A stretch of DNA of 52,749 nucleotides, taken from positions 1 through 52,749 of the forward strand of contig JAUCBJ010005798.1 of the NCBI GenBank assembly GCA_032718475.1. The letters run 5' to 3'. The notes under the pieces are model-generated. The model worked only from the letters and a program-made list of their open reading frames with translations, was not told the origin of the DNA and did no database searches. A program made the translations under genes and the position numbers. This document shows positions 10,601 through 22,800 of this stretch, in pieces (the first letter of the stretch is position 1; every line of letters starts with the position of its first letter). This stretch comes from Nemertoderma westbladi. Lineage: Eukaryota > Animalia > Xenacoelomorpha.

Positions 10601-12175
10601 TATTCTAATAATTTGGTCTGTGGGTTCTGTACTACCTAAGTCTGTGCTAGCTAGTTGCCTTCTCACAGCTGGGGGCAGATTAGGCAATTTCTGATGGTGA
10701 GGCATTCTTCTACGTCAGTTGGAACAAGATCTATTTCCTCCGCCTTCAGGATCGGTGGTATCGCCTTCATCAGATGATGTAAATCCCTGTCTTTTGGGAG
10801 TAGATCGACTTATCAACTGCATCTGACTAGCTGTTAGCTGTTTATCTATGTAGTCTTGCTTCTCTTGCAGATTTTCCAACTCTAGTTGGGTGGTCTCTTC
10901 AGATGCTCTCCGTTCTGCTTCTGCCACTGCTATCTTTCTTTCCGCTTCTGCCGCTTTTCTTTCCGCTTCTGCCGCTGCCACTGCCGCTGCTGCTGTCTTT
11001 CTGTCTTCTATACGTTTTTTCTTTACTTGTTCTTCTTGGACCCTAGCGATGCGGAGGCGTTCATCAAATTTAGCTTGGTTCGCAGCTAACATTTCCGCAT
11101 CTATTGCGTCCAACACAAACTTGGCTCCTTCACTATTAGGACGAAGTCCAGCCAGCCTTCTCCTCAACTCTTCATCACCTAGAAATCGTTGATAGTCTGA
11201 CAGATAGATGTCAATAGCGTCCTTCTTCTGCAGTTTCTCTGCTGTCGCTTCGCTTTCCACTTGAGAAAAGGTAGCGTCTGTTGATACTCCATGGGTTGAG
11301 CGCTCAGCCAGCTGCGATTTCCACTGGGCCGTTCCTTGAACCTTGAGACCCACCCGCTGGAACCAAGTCTTTACGGCAACTTGCAACGACGTGTCTTGTC
11401 TTCTTTTCGAAGCTTCCTCAAAGGCCGATAGGATTAGTCTGATTCTTAGAATTCTTTCTCGAACTTGATAAAGCAGCTCTCCCTGCTCTTGAGGTCCTTG
11501 GGGTTGTTGAAACAGTTGTTCCTCTAATCGCTCCAAAGAGCTGAAGAATCCCTGTACATATCCTGCTGCCGACCACTTCCACACAGCTGGATCACTAGTG
11601 TCTTTTGTCACTCCCATCCTATGTAAGTCTTCCCAGGCAGCTTCCGATAAGTTAAACGGGAGTCCGGGTCCGGGGAAGTTCCATTGCGACTCGACAATAG
11701 ACTTCAGTTCCTCCCTTGTGTATCCCGCATAACTGTCCTTGGTCGATCGCTTACTTCTCGCCCAATCAATTTGGTGTTCCTCCACCGCAATCAATACCCT
11801 AGTGAGTACGGCTGCAGGAAGAATGAGAAGGGGATCCGAATAAACCGCATCTGCCATCTTTGCTCCGCGCTCGGGTGTCAGCTCTACAGTATCCGAACTA
11901 CTGGAGCTATCGGGCCGCTGAGAAATAAGTTCTCGGCTCGAGTGTTGCTGCTGTTTAACAGCTGCTTCTTGGTCCCGCTTGACTTGAGCCCGAGTGCCTA
12001 TGATAGACCTATGGTGTTTGACTAGCCTAGGGTCTGATACTACTACTGGAGGGGTGATCTTTCTTACAGTAGGAGGTGAGTTGAACTTCAGTCTCAAACG
12101 TTCCACACTCCTATCTGGATCACAGATGGTTGTATCTAGGAGACTGTCTAACAGGTTTTGCTTTGTGTCAGACAT
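7629..12175 (-). pseudogene. BEL/Pao gag-protease polyprotein, disabled; RT, RNase H core and integrase absent
   Basis: Five ORF-track pieces join through in-frame stops (10715-10717, 9327-9329, 9009-9011) and one frameshift near 10222. Motifs KFNGD..W..F, EKLRFLIECLEG, CALCDGPH, CYNCLRQGH..C, CAKCGAKHH, ALLDSGS, RTRVGWYFTGP, then QWRHCP..NLADIASRG and WLGGPDFL. Confidence 0.9.
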
Positions 12176-12309
12176 GTTTGTTTGTACAGTTGAATGCCTA
12201 CTGCTATAATTACAGTTAAAGCAAGTCTAATAATTCAGTATCACTGTTAGCCTAGTAATTAATTACCGATATCGTTACTCTATGTAACGTGATATATATA
12301 CAAAATATT

Positions 12310-12560
12310 AGAATACCGGTATACACTTATAGTATATATAAGTATTATTACGGATTAGGTTTGTCACAGAATACCAGTATATAATTTCAGCACAAATATA
12401 TAGAAATATATAATAAGCCTATCGTGAATACCGGTATACAACTTACACTTATAGTATATAAGTATAATTATAGACTAGAATTAATTACAGAATACCGGTA
12501 TATAATTTCAGCTCAAATTTATAGAAATAAATATAATAAGCCTATCGCAAATACCGGTAT
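12310..12560. repeat. Imperfect tandem duplication (~120-bp period) in the BEL leader
   Basis: AATACCGGTATA recurs about five times, with the duplicated ACACTTATAGTATATA and ATAATAAGCCTATCG blocks. Confidence 0.65.
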
Positions 12561-12738
12561 GTCAATTATTTTAGAATAATTGAATTTCTGAATTCTAGGG
12601 TTACTTAGTTACTTTACTTTACTTTATTACCGTTATTTAAGCATTAGTCCAACTGATATTAAGACCTAATTGTTGTATGACAGGCCTACTATTTTATAAA
12701 TCGGTTTGAGTTGATTTATAATATATATACCCGTTTAA

Positions 12739-13699
12739 CCCTTTCGGTACCTAACTGGAAATTATTCAAACCCCCAAGTGCCCAACTCTAATTCATGAAT
12801 TTCTGAAGTCTGTCAGTCTTTCTGTCAGTTTGTCTGTCAAGACTTTAGCAAGAATAAAATCTACTAACATTCTCGCTATGGGGGTTTTCCTTGTCAAGGA
12901 TTTCATTTCCGCTGTCAGTTTTCAATTTTGACCCACTCCAGACTGTCTGTCGGTCTGTCTGTCGGTCTGTCAGTCTGTCTGTCAAAAGTATAAGGAATCA
13001 CATTAGCTAATTAAAATTCTCGCTATGGGGGTTTTCCTGGTCAAGGATTTCATTTCCGCTGTCACTTTTCACTTTTGACCCAATACAGACTGTCTGTCGG
13101 TCTGTCTGTCTGTCAGTCTGTCCGTCGAAAATATAAGGAATCACATTAGCTAATTAAAATTCTCTCTATGGGGGTTTTCCTGATCAAGGATTTCATTTCC
13201 GCTGTCAGTTTTCACTTTTGACTCTATCCACACTGCCTGTCGGTCTGTCTGTCGGTCTGTCTGTTGGTCTGTCTTTCCGTCAAAAATATAAGGAATCACA
13301 TTAACTAATTAAAATTATCTCTATGCGGGTTTTCCTGGTCAAGGAATTCATTTCTGCTGTCAGTTTTCACTTTTGACCCTATCCAGACTGTCTGTCGGTC
13401 AGTCTGTGCAGGCTTTTTTGTTTAGGCTGTTTAGTCAGTTTAGGCCTACCTTACTGCAGTACTGCCTTATTCTGTTATAGCAAAAGCCTGGCAGTCTGTA
13501 AGCAGGTCTGCAGTAGGCCTACCGGTAGTTAAATTACAGTAGATACAAGCAGAAATGCGTCGCTAACTTATAGAAGCATGTACTTAATAGTCCAGCAAAA
13601 TTTTCCCTTCTTAGAAATCGAATAAATGTCATGGAACAGACGTGTGTGTCATGGCGCAATACCCATGGAACAGACGTATGTGCCATGGTACCGAAAGGG
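12739..13699. mobile_element. piggyBac-type non-autonomous element (MITE) in the BEL leader
   Basis: 13-bp TIR CCCTTTCGGTACC / GGTACCGAAAGGG flanked by TTAA at 12735-12738 and 13700-13703; no transposase ORF. Confidence 0.88.
12810..13405. repeat. Four tandem ~145-150-bp units with CTGT microsatellite cores inside the MITE
   Basis: Repeated ATTCTCGCTATGGGGGTTTTCCTGGTCAAGGATTTCATTTCCGCTGTCAGTTTTCACTTTTGACCC. Confidence 0.85.
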
Positions 13700-15114
13700 T
13701 TAATGGGTTTTGTTACAATATTTGAAATAAATGTTATTATTTCTGGGAAGGAGTCACTACACAGAAGCTGTACGCTCTCAGTGAAGTGCTACTTGTTGGA
13801 CACTAAAACAAATAATTATACTTGCCTAAGTTACTTATTACTACAAATTACGTACAATTGCGGGGTGAGATTACAATCTCTAAATAAACACAAAAATTAC
13901 ACGTACGAATTTTTAGGGTTAATTTTACAAGAAATCTACAAACCAGCCTAACAAGGGGTTAGAATTTCTGGTTATTACAAACGGACAAGATACTACGGTA
14001 TTTGAAAATAATAAAGCAGTAGTAAATATATTGCGTTGTCTAGATAGGAAAAATACCACCATCTGACGACTTATAGCCGTAGTGCTATAAGTACTACATT
14101 ATGTACCCGGAGTGTTCCTACCTAGAAGTTAATTACCGCAGCCTACTATAGCTAACGTTCCTATTAACCACTTTACAACACAAATATACTGCCTACACAC
14201 TAATTACCTTTGGAAAGCACTGTACACTAAACCCTAAATTAGGTACAAGTACTTATACAACAAATAACCAGCAGTTAAAAATACTTGTACAGCTAAAAGA
14301 ACCACGGTATCTGCCGGAGTGACCAGGGCATAAAATCACCTGTCTTTACCTACGCCAAACAGCCCTGATGTAGTACCGGGGTTAATTTAACTATAACGGT
14401 ATGTATAACAAGCACAATTACTGTAGGAATAAACTTGGGGGTATGTATGTTGCGAATAATCGCATAAACTCTGAATAATAAATATTACGCTACCCGTACA
14501 GACTACATAAACAAAATACAAACCAAACGCTGGCAGACTACTATCAAGCCTAAATAAACTACAGTATATGCAGACTCCGAAATGGTTAGTTAGTATGCGT
14601 TCTAACCGAGTAGTACGACTTATTCTTTCGGGGGGGGGGGGGGGGGATTTACCTTACAGCACTGGATGCCCCCACATTCCTAACTAGTACTTTCTGACTT
14701 TATCGGACATACACTCTACACACACTGCAATCTCTTCAGACTTAACAACAGCCAGACAACAATCCAGCCTACAAATTATTTATACAATCTGGGCAGGCTT
14801 ACACGTCTTCTGCTCAATATTAACTTACAAATAAATAAAACTGACAGAAATAAGTAAAATCCCAATAAAAAACCAGGGTGGCTGTCCCTGATTAAATATC
14901 AAGACCTACCGGTATATAATTATCAAAATCGAATAATACTGCTGTACCTGTACTGCTGTAAGTACCGGTTCGGATGGTTAAGCAGTCAGGCCTACTGGTT
15001 ACCGGTCGACCGGTACTTTTCGACTTTATTGCCTACGTTGCAATAAAGAAATTATAACTGTTATTGTTCTTACCAGAACAATAGACAACTATATTTATTG
15101 CCTATACTGCAATC

Positions 15115-15133
15115 AGAAATGTATAACTGTTAT
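15115..15133 (-). promoter_or_regulatory. Non-tRNA primer-binding-site position, complementary to LTR 15850-15868
   Basis: Minus strand directly after the 5' LTR reads ATAACAGTTATACATTTCT with no TGG start. It is 18/19 complementary to minus-strand LTR sequence AGAAACGTATAACTGTTAT. Confidence 0.6.
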
Positions 15134-16303
15134 TGTTCGCGCTTTTAGACCTTTACCAGTTTAACCTGCCAAATTTAGGTGTCTTCTAGGTTATAAATCG
15201 ACTTTAGCCTATAACAAGTATTTGATACACATAAAGCTACATTAGCCGAAGCCAGCCTATGCGCGATTATTCACCCACGGTTAAGGGAGACTGGATTCGG
15301 ATGCTCTGGCCTTATTGCGGTGTAGACTTATTGTACTATTCGATTGATCGTTAATATATAATCTCTGACAAATATTATTCACTTTCGGGAAATATTAACA
15401 GTTCCTTTAGGACGTGGCGCTCTAAGTATGTAAACAAAGTTATGACTTACACTAAACACAACGGGATGGCTAATGATTTACATATAAAGCGCATTCTTTA
15501 GGAAATGCTTTGTTATCTATCACACTCATGCACACTACCGCACACTGCTGCACACTGATCTGCCGACCTTCACTAATTTTAATCATATATAAGGAGAACA
15601 GCAACTGACACATGTAGGGCCTATGAAATAGCATTCAATTCACTCCAAAACCACTATAATGAAAGTCGCAATTGCTATATGTAACCGGTCTCTCTAACCT
15701 TCAGTATATCAAGAAGATCGGGGTTTTATGATTATTTATCGATATTCTCCAAATATAACAGCATTCCATCAACTAATAACAATTAATAACCGACAGTAAA
15801 TAGCAGTAAAATAATGCGGTGAAAGGTATGTATAGTATGATATGGGCTGATAACAGTTATACGTTTCTATGATCAAAGCCGTTCTAATGTTTGGCTAAAG
15901 TCTGAAACACAGAATAATTCCACAGACGATGTTCTAGGCTCAGGAAAAAAGGTAAACAAAGACCATAATGCATTGCGCGATTTCCCGGAGGCTTCTGTGC
16001 AAATAAAATGAAAATCGCTCTGATTGGTCGAGTGAGTGAGCCTGAACAAAGAAAGCCAAAAGCTCCACATCGACATATCAGCTGATAAATGTCGTCATCT
16101 GAACTACACTGTATTAAGAGTATTTTGGCGTATTGCGGCATAAAATGGCTTGTTATGTCCGCTAAAGTACACATACAGAAAAATGGCTTTTTATGTCCAC
16201 TAAAACACCTACACAGTAAGAAAACGGCTTTTTATGTCCGCTAAAACACCTACAGAGTACTTTGCGGGGAAAATGACTAGCTAGATCCGCAAAAGCCTTT
16301 ACA
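15134..16303 (-). repeat. 5' LTR of the BEL/Pao element
   Basis: Direct repeat of 2189-3358 with TG..CA ends, followed by TSD GACCT. Confidence 0.95.
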
Positions 16304-16308
16304 GACCT

Positions 16309-16730
16309 ATCATACCGACAGAGACCTGAAAGTTTATATATGAAACATAATTGAGTAACCTTATTTTCAGGAGATGATGAGGAGCAAGAAGAGGGCGGCC
16401 CGGTGGTCGCTACAGGGGAAAAATTCCTCCCGGAGAGGCACCATCAATGTCGACTGCAACCACCTCAACATCAGTAAAAATAGCGCCAACAGTCTGAATA
16501 GGACTAACCATGTAATACTAAATATAGTATTACTGGACTAACTCATAAACACTTCCTCTAAAGTAACTAAAATTAAGACAAATCTTAGGTTGGTGCCCTT
16601 AGATTTGCGGTCACACCTACATATATGTTAAAATTACTGCCAATGGAATGGTTAAAAAGCAACACGGATTCGGAAACAACGGTCTCCGTAAACTGGTCCG
16701 AATTTCTCCCGTTGATATTGCGGATGCTTG
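16309..16730 (-). mobile_element. CR1-type LINE relic, 5' part of the endonuclease domain, continuing 950-2188 across the BEL insertion
   Basis: Degenerate minus-strand APE motifs FTETVV, FNIY/RCDRKSKG and DVEVVAVDIDG. Across the empty site it reads LSGLCRYDRSVLLHG/DSNLPD, resembling the GDFNLPD motif. Confidence 0.6.
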
Positions 16731-17894
16731 AATTCATTATACATTCACCCTTTTATTTGATCTTGTTGATAATTAATCTACAGTACAGGTATAACAATAA
16801 CTATTTATAACATTGTGTGAAATGAAAATTTGAGTGGATTTGTGAACCGAGCGAGCGCTGCGAGGGAGGTATACATAAATACACAAGGTTCATAAAAGCT
16901 GAATAGTGCCCCGTATAAGAAAACTGCATGTTTTTACTTCCGCTGCAGGCTATTTATTATATTTAATTAATGCACTATATTCTATAATATTGTGTTTATG
17001 TATGAATTATAATTATTTATGAATATAATATTAGCCTCATAAGTATGAAACCAAAAAATTAGTATATATAATTAAAATTATCTAATATAATTTAATACGT
17101 TTAATAATCACAAACAATTCTCAATCATTTGTGATACCTTTTTGATGCATTTTATAATATATTACTTTATTAATTCATAATTCATTACGATATTACTATA
17201 GTGACTTGCCTTCATGTACAATTATATAAATATTTCTGTTGTAATTAATTTATGACAACTCTCAATCGTGATACTGTACAGTTAATTTTCAATCATTAAT
17301 TTGCAAGAATTTTTTAAGACGCTCACCTCGCTCACCCCAGACCTGTCGCAAAAACCGATAAATCTCAATGGTATTCTAACACCCCGTATAAACATAAAAA
17401 GTTCGCTCTGAGAAGCACAAACTGTAACCCTAGCCCCAAAGCCCTTTGATCACCTGTATGCCACAGTCGCATCAGTGTCACTGAATTAACGGGAAATGTG
17501 AATCTTGCTGGCCAAGCAAAATGGGTCCGCAGAGCAAACTTTACTCACGAGAGTGTTCATTTACGCGTCCAATCGCCGTCCGAAAAATGAAACTGTAACC
17601 AGTTAATGACTGCTTTTATGGTAGAATACCCTGCCAATGTAACCTGTTCCTTTCCTTAAATTGATAATTAATCATCTTAATTTACCAATATGAGATTTGC
17701 GTCAATATTCCCCCATGTTTCCGATGTCAATACTAGTTGTGTAAAGTAATGTTTAATTTTGGAATAAAATAATAAGCCAATGACGAATGACATACAAAAC
17801 AAAATGCGGCTGGCTTACAACAGATTTTAATTTTACTACTACTGTACAGTACAACATGCAGTAGGCCTAGAGATGTTTACAAAGTTATAGAGGG

Positions 17895-18083
17895 TTAGGC
17901 TTCCCATATGGGCTTTTCGTCCTCTGTTCTTTGGCTATTGGGAACCCAGTATTGGCTATATATCAGTCTCCACGCCCACGCATCCTGCTGACACGGCGGT
18001 CGAAGGCCCCCCAAATCAGCCGGTAAATTCTCTCGCGGTAGGAGTTTATGCAGACTGGAGAGGTTGTTCGAATGTTTGTGAAT
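17895..18083 (-). CDS. Clavesin/CRALBP-like CRAL-TRIO gene, last coding exon (6)
   Basis: tttgttttag acceptor then IHKHSNNLSSLHKLLPRENLPADLGGLRPP..WAWRL..WEA* (189 nt, phase 0). Resembles clavesin [26 protein letters not shown]. Confidence 0.9.
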   Translation of the reverse strand: MHKHSNNLSSLHKLLPRENLPADLGGLRPPCQQDAWAWRLIYSQYWVPNSQRTEDEKPIWEA

Positions 18084-18897
18084 CTAAAACAAATAGGAGT
18101 TTATGCAGACTGGAGAGGTTGTTCGAATGTTTGTGAATCTAAAACAAATAGGAGTTTATGCAGACTGGAGAGGTTGTTCGAATGTTTGTGAATCTAAAAC
18201 AAATAGGAGTTTATGCAGACTGGAGAGGTTGTTCGAATGTTTGTGAATCTAAAACAAATAGGAGTTTATGCAGACTGGAGAGGTTGTTCGAATGTTTGTG
18301 AATCTAAAACAAATAGGAGTTTATGCAGACTGGAGAGGTTGTTCGAATGTTTGTGAATCTAAAACAAATAGGAGTTTATTCAGACTGGAGAGGTTGTTCG
18401 AATGTTTGTGAATCTAAAACAAATAGGAGTTTATGCAAACTGGAGAGGTTGTTCGAATGTTTGTGAATCTAAAACAAATAGGAGTTTATGCAGACTGGAG
18501 AGGTTGTTCGAATGTTTGTGAATCTAAAACAAATAGGAGTTTATGCAAACTGGAGAGGTTGTTCGAATGTTTGTGAATCTAAAACAAATAGGAGTTTATG
18601 CGGACTGGAGAGGTTGTTCGAATGTTTGTGAATCTAAAACAAATAGGAGTTTATGCAGACTGGAGAGGTTGTTCGAATGTTTGTGAATCTAAAACAAATA
18701 GGAGTTTATGCAGACTGGAGAGGTTGTTCGAATGTTTGTGAATCTAAAACAAATAGGAGTTTATGCAGACTGGAGAGGTTGTTCGAATGTTTGTGAATCT
18801 AAAACAAATAGGAGTTTATGCAGACTGGAGAGGTTGTTCGAATGTTTGTGAATCTAAAACAAATATGAGTTTATGCAGACTGGAGAGGTTGTTCGAA
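18039..18897 (-). repeat. 55-bp tandem array (~15.6 units) = acceptor plus first 45 nt of exon 6
   Basis: Period 55 (GGAGTTTATG at 18041, 18096, ...). Minus-strand unit tttgttttag|ATTCACAAACATTCGAACAACCTCTCCAGTCTGCATAAACTCCTA. Confidence 0.97.
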
Positions 18898-19083
18898 AAC
18901 TTGAGGCAAAATAGTTAGTTTAAATGCATTCTATGTGCATTATATTGTGCAATTAGGCATAATGTGCCGATGGGCATTCGGTATGGTACCACTGCAAACG
19001 CCGAATAGTGAGCGAATAGCGGTAAACTACACCAACTCCGTGGCAAACTTTATGGAATTGTGGTGTACCACCAGAATTCTAAC

Positions 19084-19245
19084 CTTTTCTTTGGATCTGG
19101 TGTTTAGAAATGGCCTAATCATAGCCAACGCCGCCTGCATAAACCACGGCGGGTTTATTAGATGAACTTCATCTATAACTATTGGTAGACTATCTTCAAG
19201 GGCGTCTACAGTTAGTTTCAGTTCCCGCACTGTTAGTTCTTTAGC
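19084..19245 (-). CDS. Clavesin-like gene, coding exon 5
   Basis: ttattttag|AKELTVRELKLTVDALEDSLPIVIDEVHLINPPWFMQAALAMIRPFLNTRSKEK|gttaga; 162 nt, phase 0-0; CRAL-TRIO VHxxNxPW..IxPFL motif. Confidence 0.92.
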
Positions 19246-19700
19246 CTAAAATAATTAAAACGAAATGAAAGATAGGAAAAATATATTGGCCTACGAAATT
19301 AAAAAGTAGAAAAATATTGATAAATATAATAATAATTCAGCTAAATTAATATAATACCGAATTATTGATCGTGATAAATTCTAAAACGTAATAATTATTT
19401 CTTATGATATATTTCTTACATTAGATTTGTAAATTGTACTTTTACATGTCTTTGAAGGCCTATATCTTTTGTATAAATTGTCAATATTACTTGACATTAT
19501 AGGCAACAAGTGTAGCGTTTAGCGCATTATATTCCAATATGGCACATTACAAATAATTTAAAACACCCCGCGTACTGTAATATTATAAAAATTGCGTTAC
19601 TTCATCTTCATAGGGCCTTATAACTTTTGGCCTACCGATATACTGCAATATTTAAAATTATAATTCAATGCGACAATCACCCACTAGATGGCGTAATCAC

Positions 19701-19830
19701 CTGATCGAATGTAAAAGAAACGAAATCGACGATGAACACGACTTTGTATGGCAACAAACAATTTACCGAATCGTCGGAAATCTTCTCAAGGGAGAGTAGC
19801 AGAGCCCGCAATACGTGGCGATATGGATAC
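19701..19830 (-). CDS. Clavesin-like gene, coding exon 4
   Basis: actttag|G-YPYRHVLRALLLSLEKISDDSVNCLLPYKVVFIVDFVSFTFDQ|gtgatt; 130 nt, phase 2-0, matching both neighbouring exons. Resembles clavesin ILRAILLSLE..FILIIDWSNFSFKQ. Confidence 0.9.
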
Positions 19831-22800
19831 CTAAAGTATATGGGGAATATTATACTGTCGGCCTACAGTAGGTACTAATAGGGAGAGTAGCAGAGCCCGC
19901 AATACCTGGCGATATGGATACCTAAAGTATATGGGGAATATTATACTGTCGGCCTACAGTAGGTACTAATAATGAGAGTAGCAGAGCCCGCAATACCTGG
20001 CGATATGGATACCTAAAGTATATGGGGAATATTATACTGTCGGCCTACAGTAGGTACTAATAAGGAGAGTAGCAGAGCCCGCAATACCTGGCGATATGGA
20101 TACCTAAAGTATATGAGTAATATTATACTGTCGGCCTACAGTAGGTACTAATAAGGAGAGTAGCAGAGCCCGCAATACCTGGCGATATGGATACCTAAAG
20201 TATATGAGTAATATTATACTGTCGCCCTACAGTAGGTACTAATAATGAGAGTAGCAGAGCCCGCAATACCTGGCGATATGGATACCTAAAGTATATGAGT
20301 AATATTATAGTGTCGGCCTACAGTAGGTACTAATAAGGAGAGTAGCAGAGCCCGCAATACCTGGCGATATGGATACCTAAAGTATATGAGTAATATTATA
20401 CTGTCGGCCTACAGTAGGTACTAATAAGGAGAGTAGCAGAGCCCGCAATACCTGGCGATATGGATACCTAAAGTATATGAGTAATATTATACTGTCGGCC
20501 TACAGTAGGTACTAATAAGGAGAGTAGCAGAGCCCGCAATACCTGGCGATATGGATACCTAAAGTATATGAGTAATATTATACTGTCGGCCTACAGTAGG
20601 TACTAATAAGGAGAGTAGCAGAGCCCGCAATACCTGGCGATATGGATACCTAAAGTATATGAGTAATATTATACTGTCGCCCTACAGTAGGTACTAATAA
20701 TGAGAGTAGCAGAGCCCGCAATACCTGGCGATATGGATACCTAAAGTATATGAGTAATATTATAGTGTCGGCCTACAGTAGGTACTAATAAGGAGAGTAG
20801 CAGAGCCCGCAATACCTGGCGATATGGATACCTAAAGTATATGAGTAATATTATACTGTCGGCCTACAGTAGGTACTAATAAGGAGAGTAGCAGAGCCCG
20901 CAATACCTGGCGATATGGATACCTAAAGTATATGAGTAATATTATAGTGTCGGCCTACAGTAGGTACTAATAAGGAGAGTAGCAGAGCCCGCAATACCTG
21001 GCGATATGGATACCTAAAGTATATGAGTAATATTATACTGTCGGCCTACAGTAGGTACTAATAAGGAGAGTAGCAGAGCCCGCAATACCTGGCGATATGG
21101 ATACCTAAAGTATATGAGTAATATTATACTGTCGGCCTACAGTAGGTACTAATAAGGAGAGTAGCAGAGCCCGCAATACGTGGCGATATGGATACCTAAA
21201 GTATATGAGTAATATTATACTGTCGGCCTACAGTAGGTACTAATAATGAGAGTAGCAGAGCCCGCAATACCTGGCGATATGGATACCTAAAGTATATGAG
21301 TAATATTATACTGTCGGCCTACAGTAGGTACTAATAAGGAGAGTAGCAGAGCCCGCAATACGTGGCGATATGGATACCTAAAGTATATGAGTAATATTAT
21401 ACTGTCGGCCTACAGTAGGTACTAATAAGGAGAGTAGCAGAGCCCGCAATACCTGGCGATATGGACACCTAAAGTATATGGGGAATATTATACTGTCGGC
21501 CTACAGTAGGTACTAATAAGGAGAGTAGCAGAGCCCGCAATACCTGGCGATATGGATACCTAAAGTATATGAGTAATATTATACTGACGGCCTATAGTAG
21601 GTACTAATAAGGAGAGTAGCAGAGCCCGCAATACCTGGCGATATGGACACCTAAAGTATATGGGGAATATTATACTGTCGGCCTACAGTAGGTACTAATA
21701 AGGAGAGTAGCAGAGCCCGCAATACCTGGCGATATGGATACCTAAAGTATATGAGTAATATTATACTGTCGGCCTACAGTAGGTACTAATAATGAGAGTA
21801 GCAGAGCCCGCAATACCTGGCGATATGGACACCTAAAGTATATGGGGAATATTATACTGTCGGCCTACAGTAGGTACTAATAAGGAGAGTAGCAGAGCCC
21901 GCAATACCTGGCGATATGGATACCTAAAGTATATGGGGAATATTATACTGTCGGCCTACAGTAGGTACTAATAAGGAGAGTAGCAGAGCCCGCAATACCT
22001 GGCGATATGGATACCTAAAGTATATGGGGAATATTATACTGTCGGCCTACAGTAGGTACTAATAATGAGAGTAGCAGAGCCCGCAATACCTGGCGATATG
22101 GACACCTAAAGTATATGGGGAATATTATACTGTCGGCCTACAGTAGGTACTAATAAGGAGAGTAGCAGAGCCCGCAATACCTGGCGATATGGATACCTAA
22201 AGTATATGAGTAATATTATACTGTCGGCCTACAGTAGGTACTAATAAGGAGAGTAGCAGAGCCCGCAATACCTGGCGATATGGACACCTAAAGTATATGG
22301 GGAATATTATACTGTCGGCCTACAGTAGGTACTAATAAGGAGAGTAGCAGAGCCCGCAATACCTGGCGATATGGATACCTAAAGTATATGAGTAATATTA
22401 TACTGTCGGCCTACAGTAGGTACTAATAATGAGAGTAGCAGAGCCCGCAATACCTGGCGATATGGACACCTAAAGTATATGGGGAATATTATACTGTCGG
22501 CCTACAGTAGGTACTAATAAGGAGAGTAGCAGAGCCCGCAATACCTGGCGATATGGATACCTAAAGTATATGAGTAATATTATACTGTCGGCCTACAGTA
22601 GGTACTAATAAGGAGAGTAGCAGAGCCCGCAATACCTGGCGATATGGACACCTAAAGTATATGGGGAATATTATACTGTCGGCCTACAGTAGGTACTAAT
22701 AAGGAGAGTAGCAGAGCCCGCAATACCTGGCGATATGGATACCTAAAGTATATGAGTAATATTATACTGTCGGCCTACAGTAGGTACTAATAAGGAGAGT

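Larger units (their letters stand above)
2189..16303 (-). mobile_element. Full-length non-autonomous BEL/Pao LTR retrotransposon
   Basis: Two 1170-bp direct repeats with TG..CA ends; 5-bp TSD GACCT at 2184-2188 and 16304-16308; internal gag (DUF1759-like domain, three CCHC-type knuckles) and BEL-type aspartic protease. Confidence 0.95.

Noticed and set aside
9009-10717. Programmed readthrough or frameshifting in gag
   Set aside because: Three different in-frame stops, one inside the conserved knuckle region, and no clear slippery heptamer at the frameshift; simple decay is more parsimonious.
16835-16900. Possible degenerate palindromic MITE (TTTGTGAACC..GGTTCATAAA)
   Set aside because: Arms are too short and degenerate to define an element.
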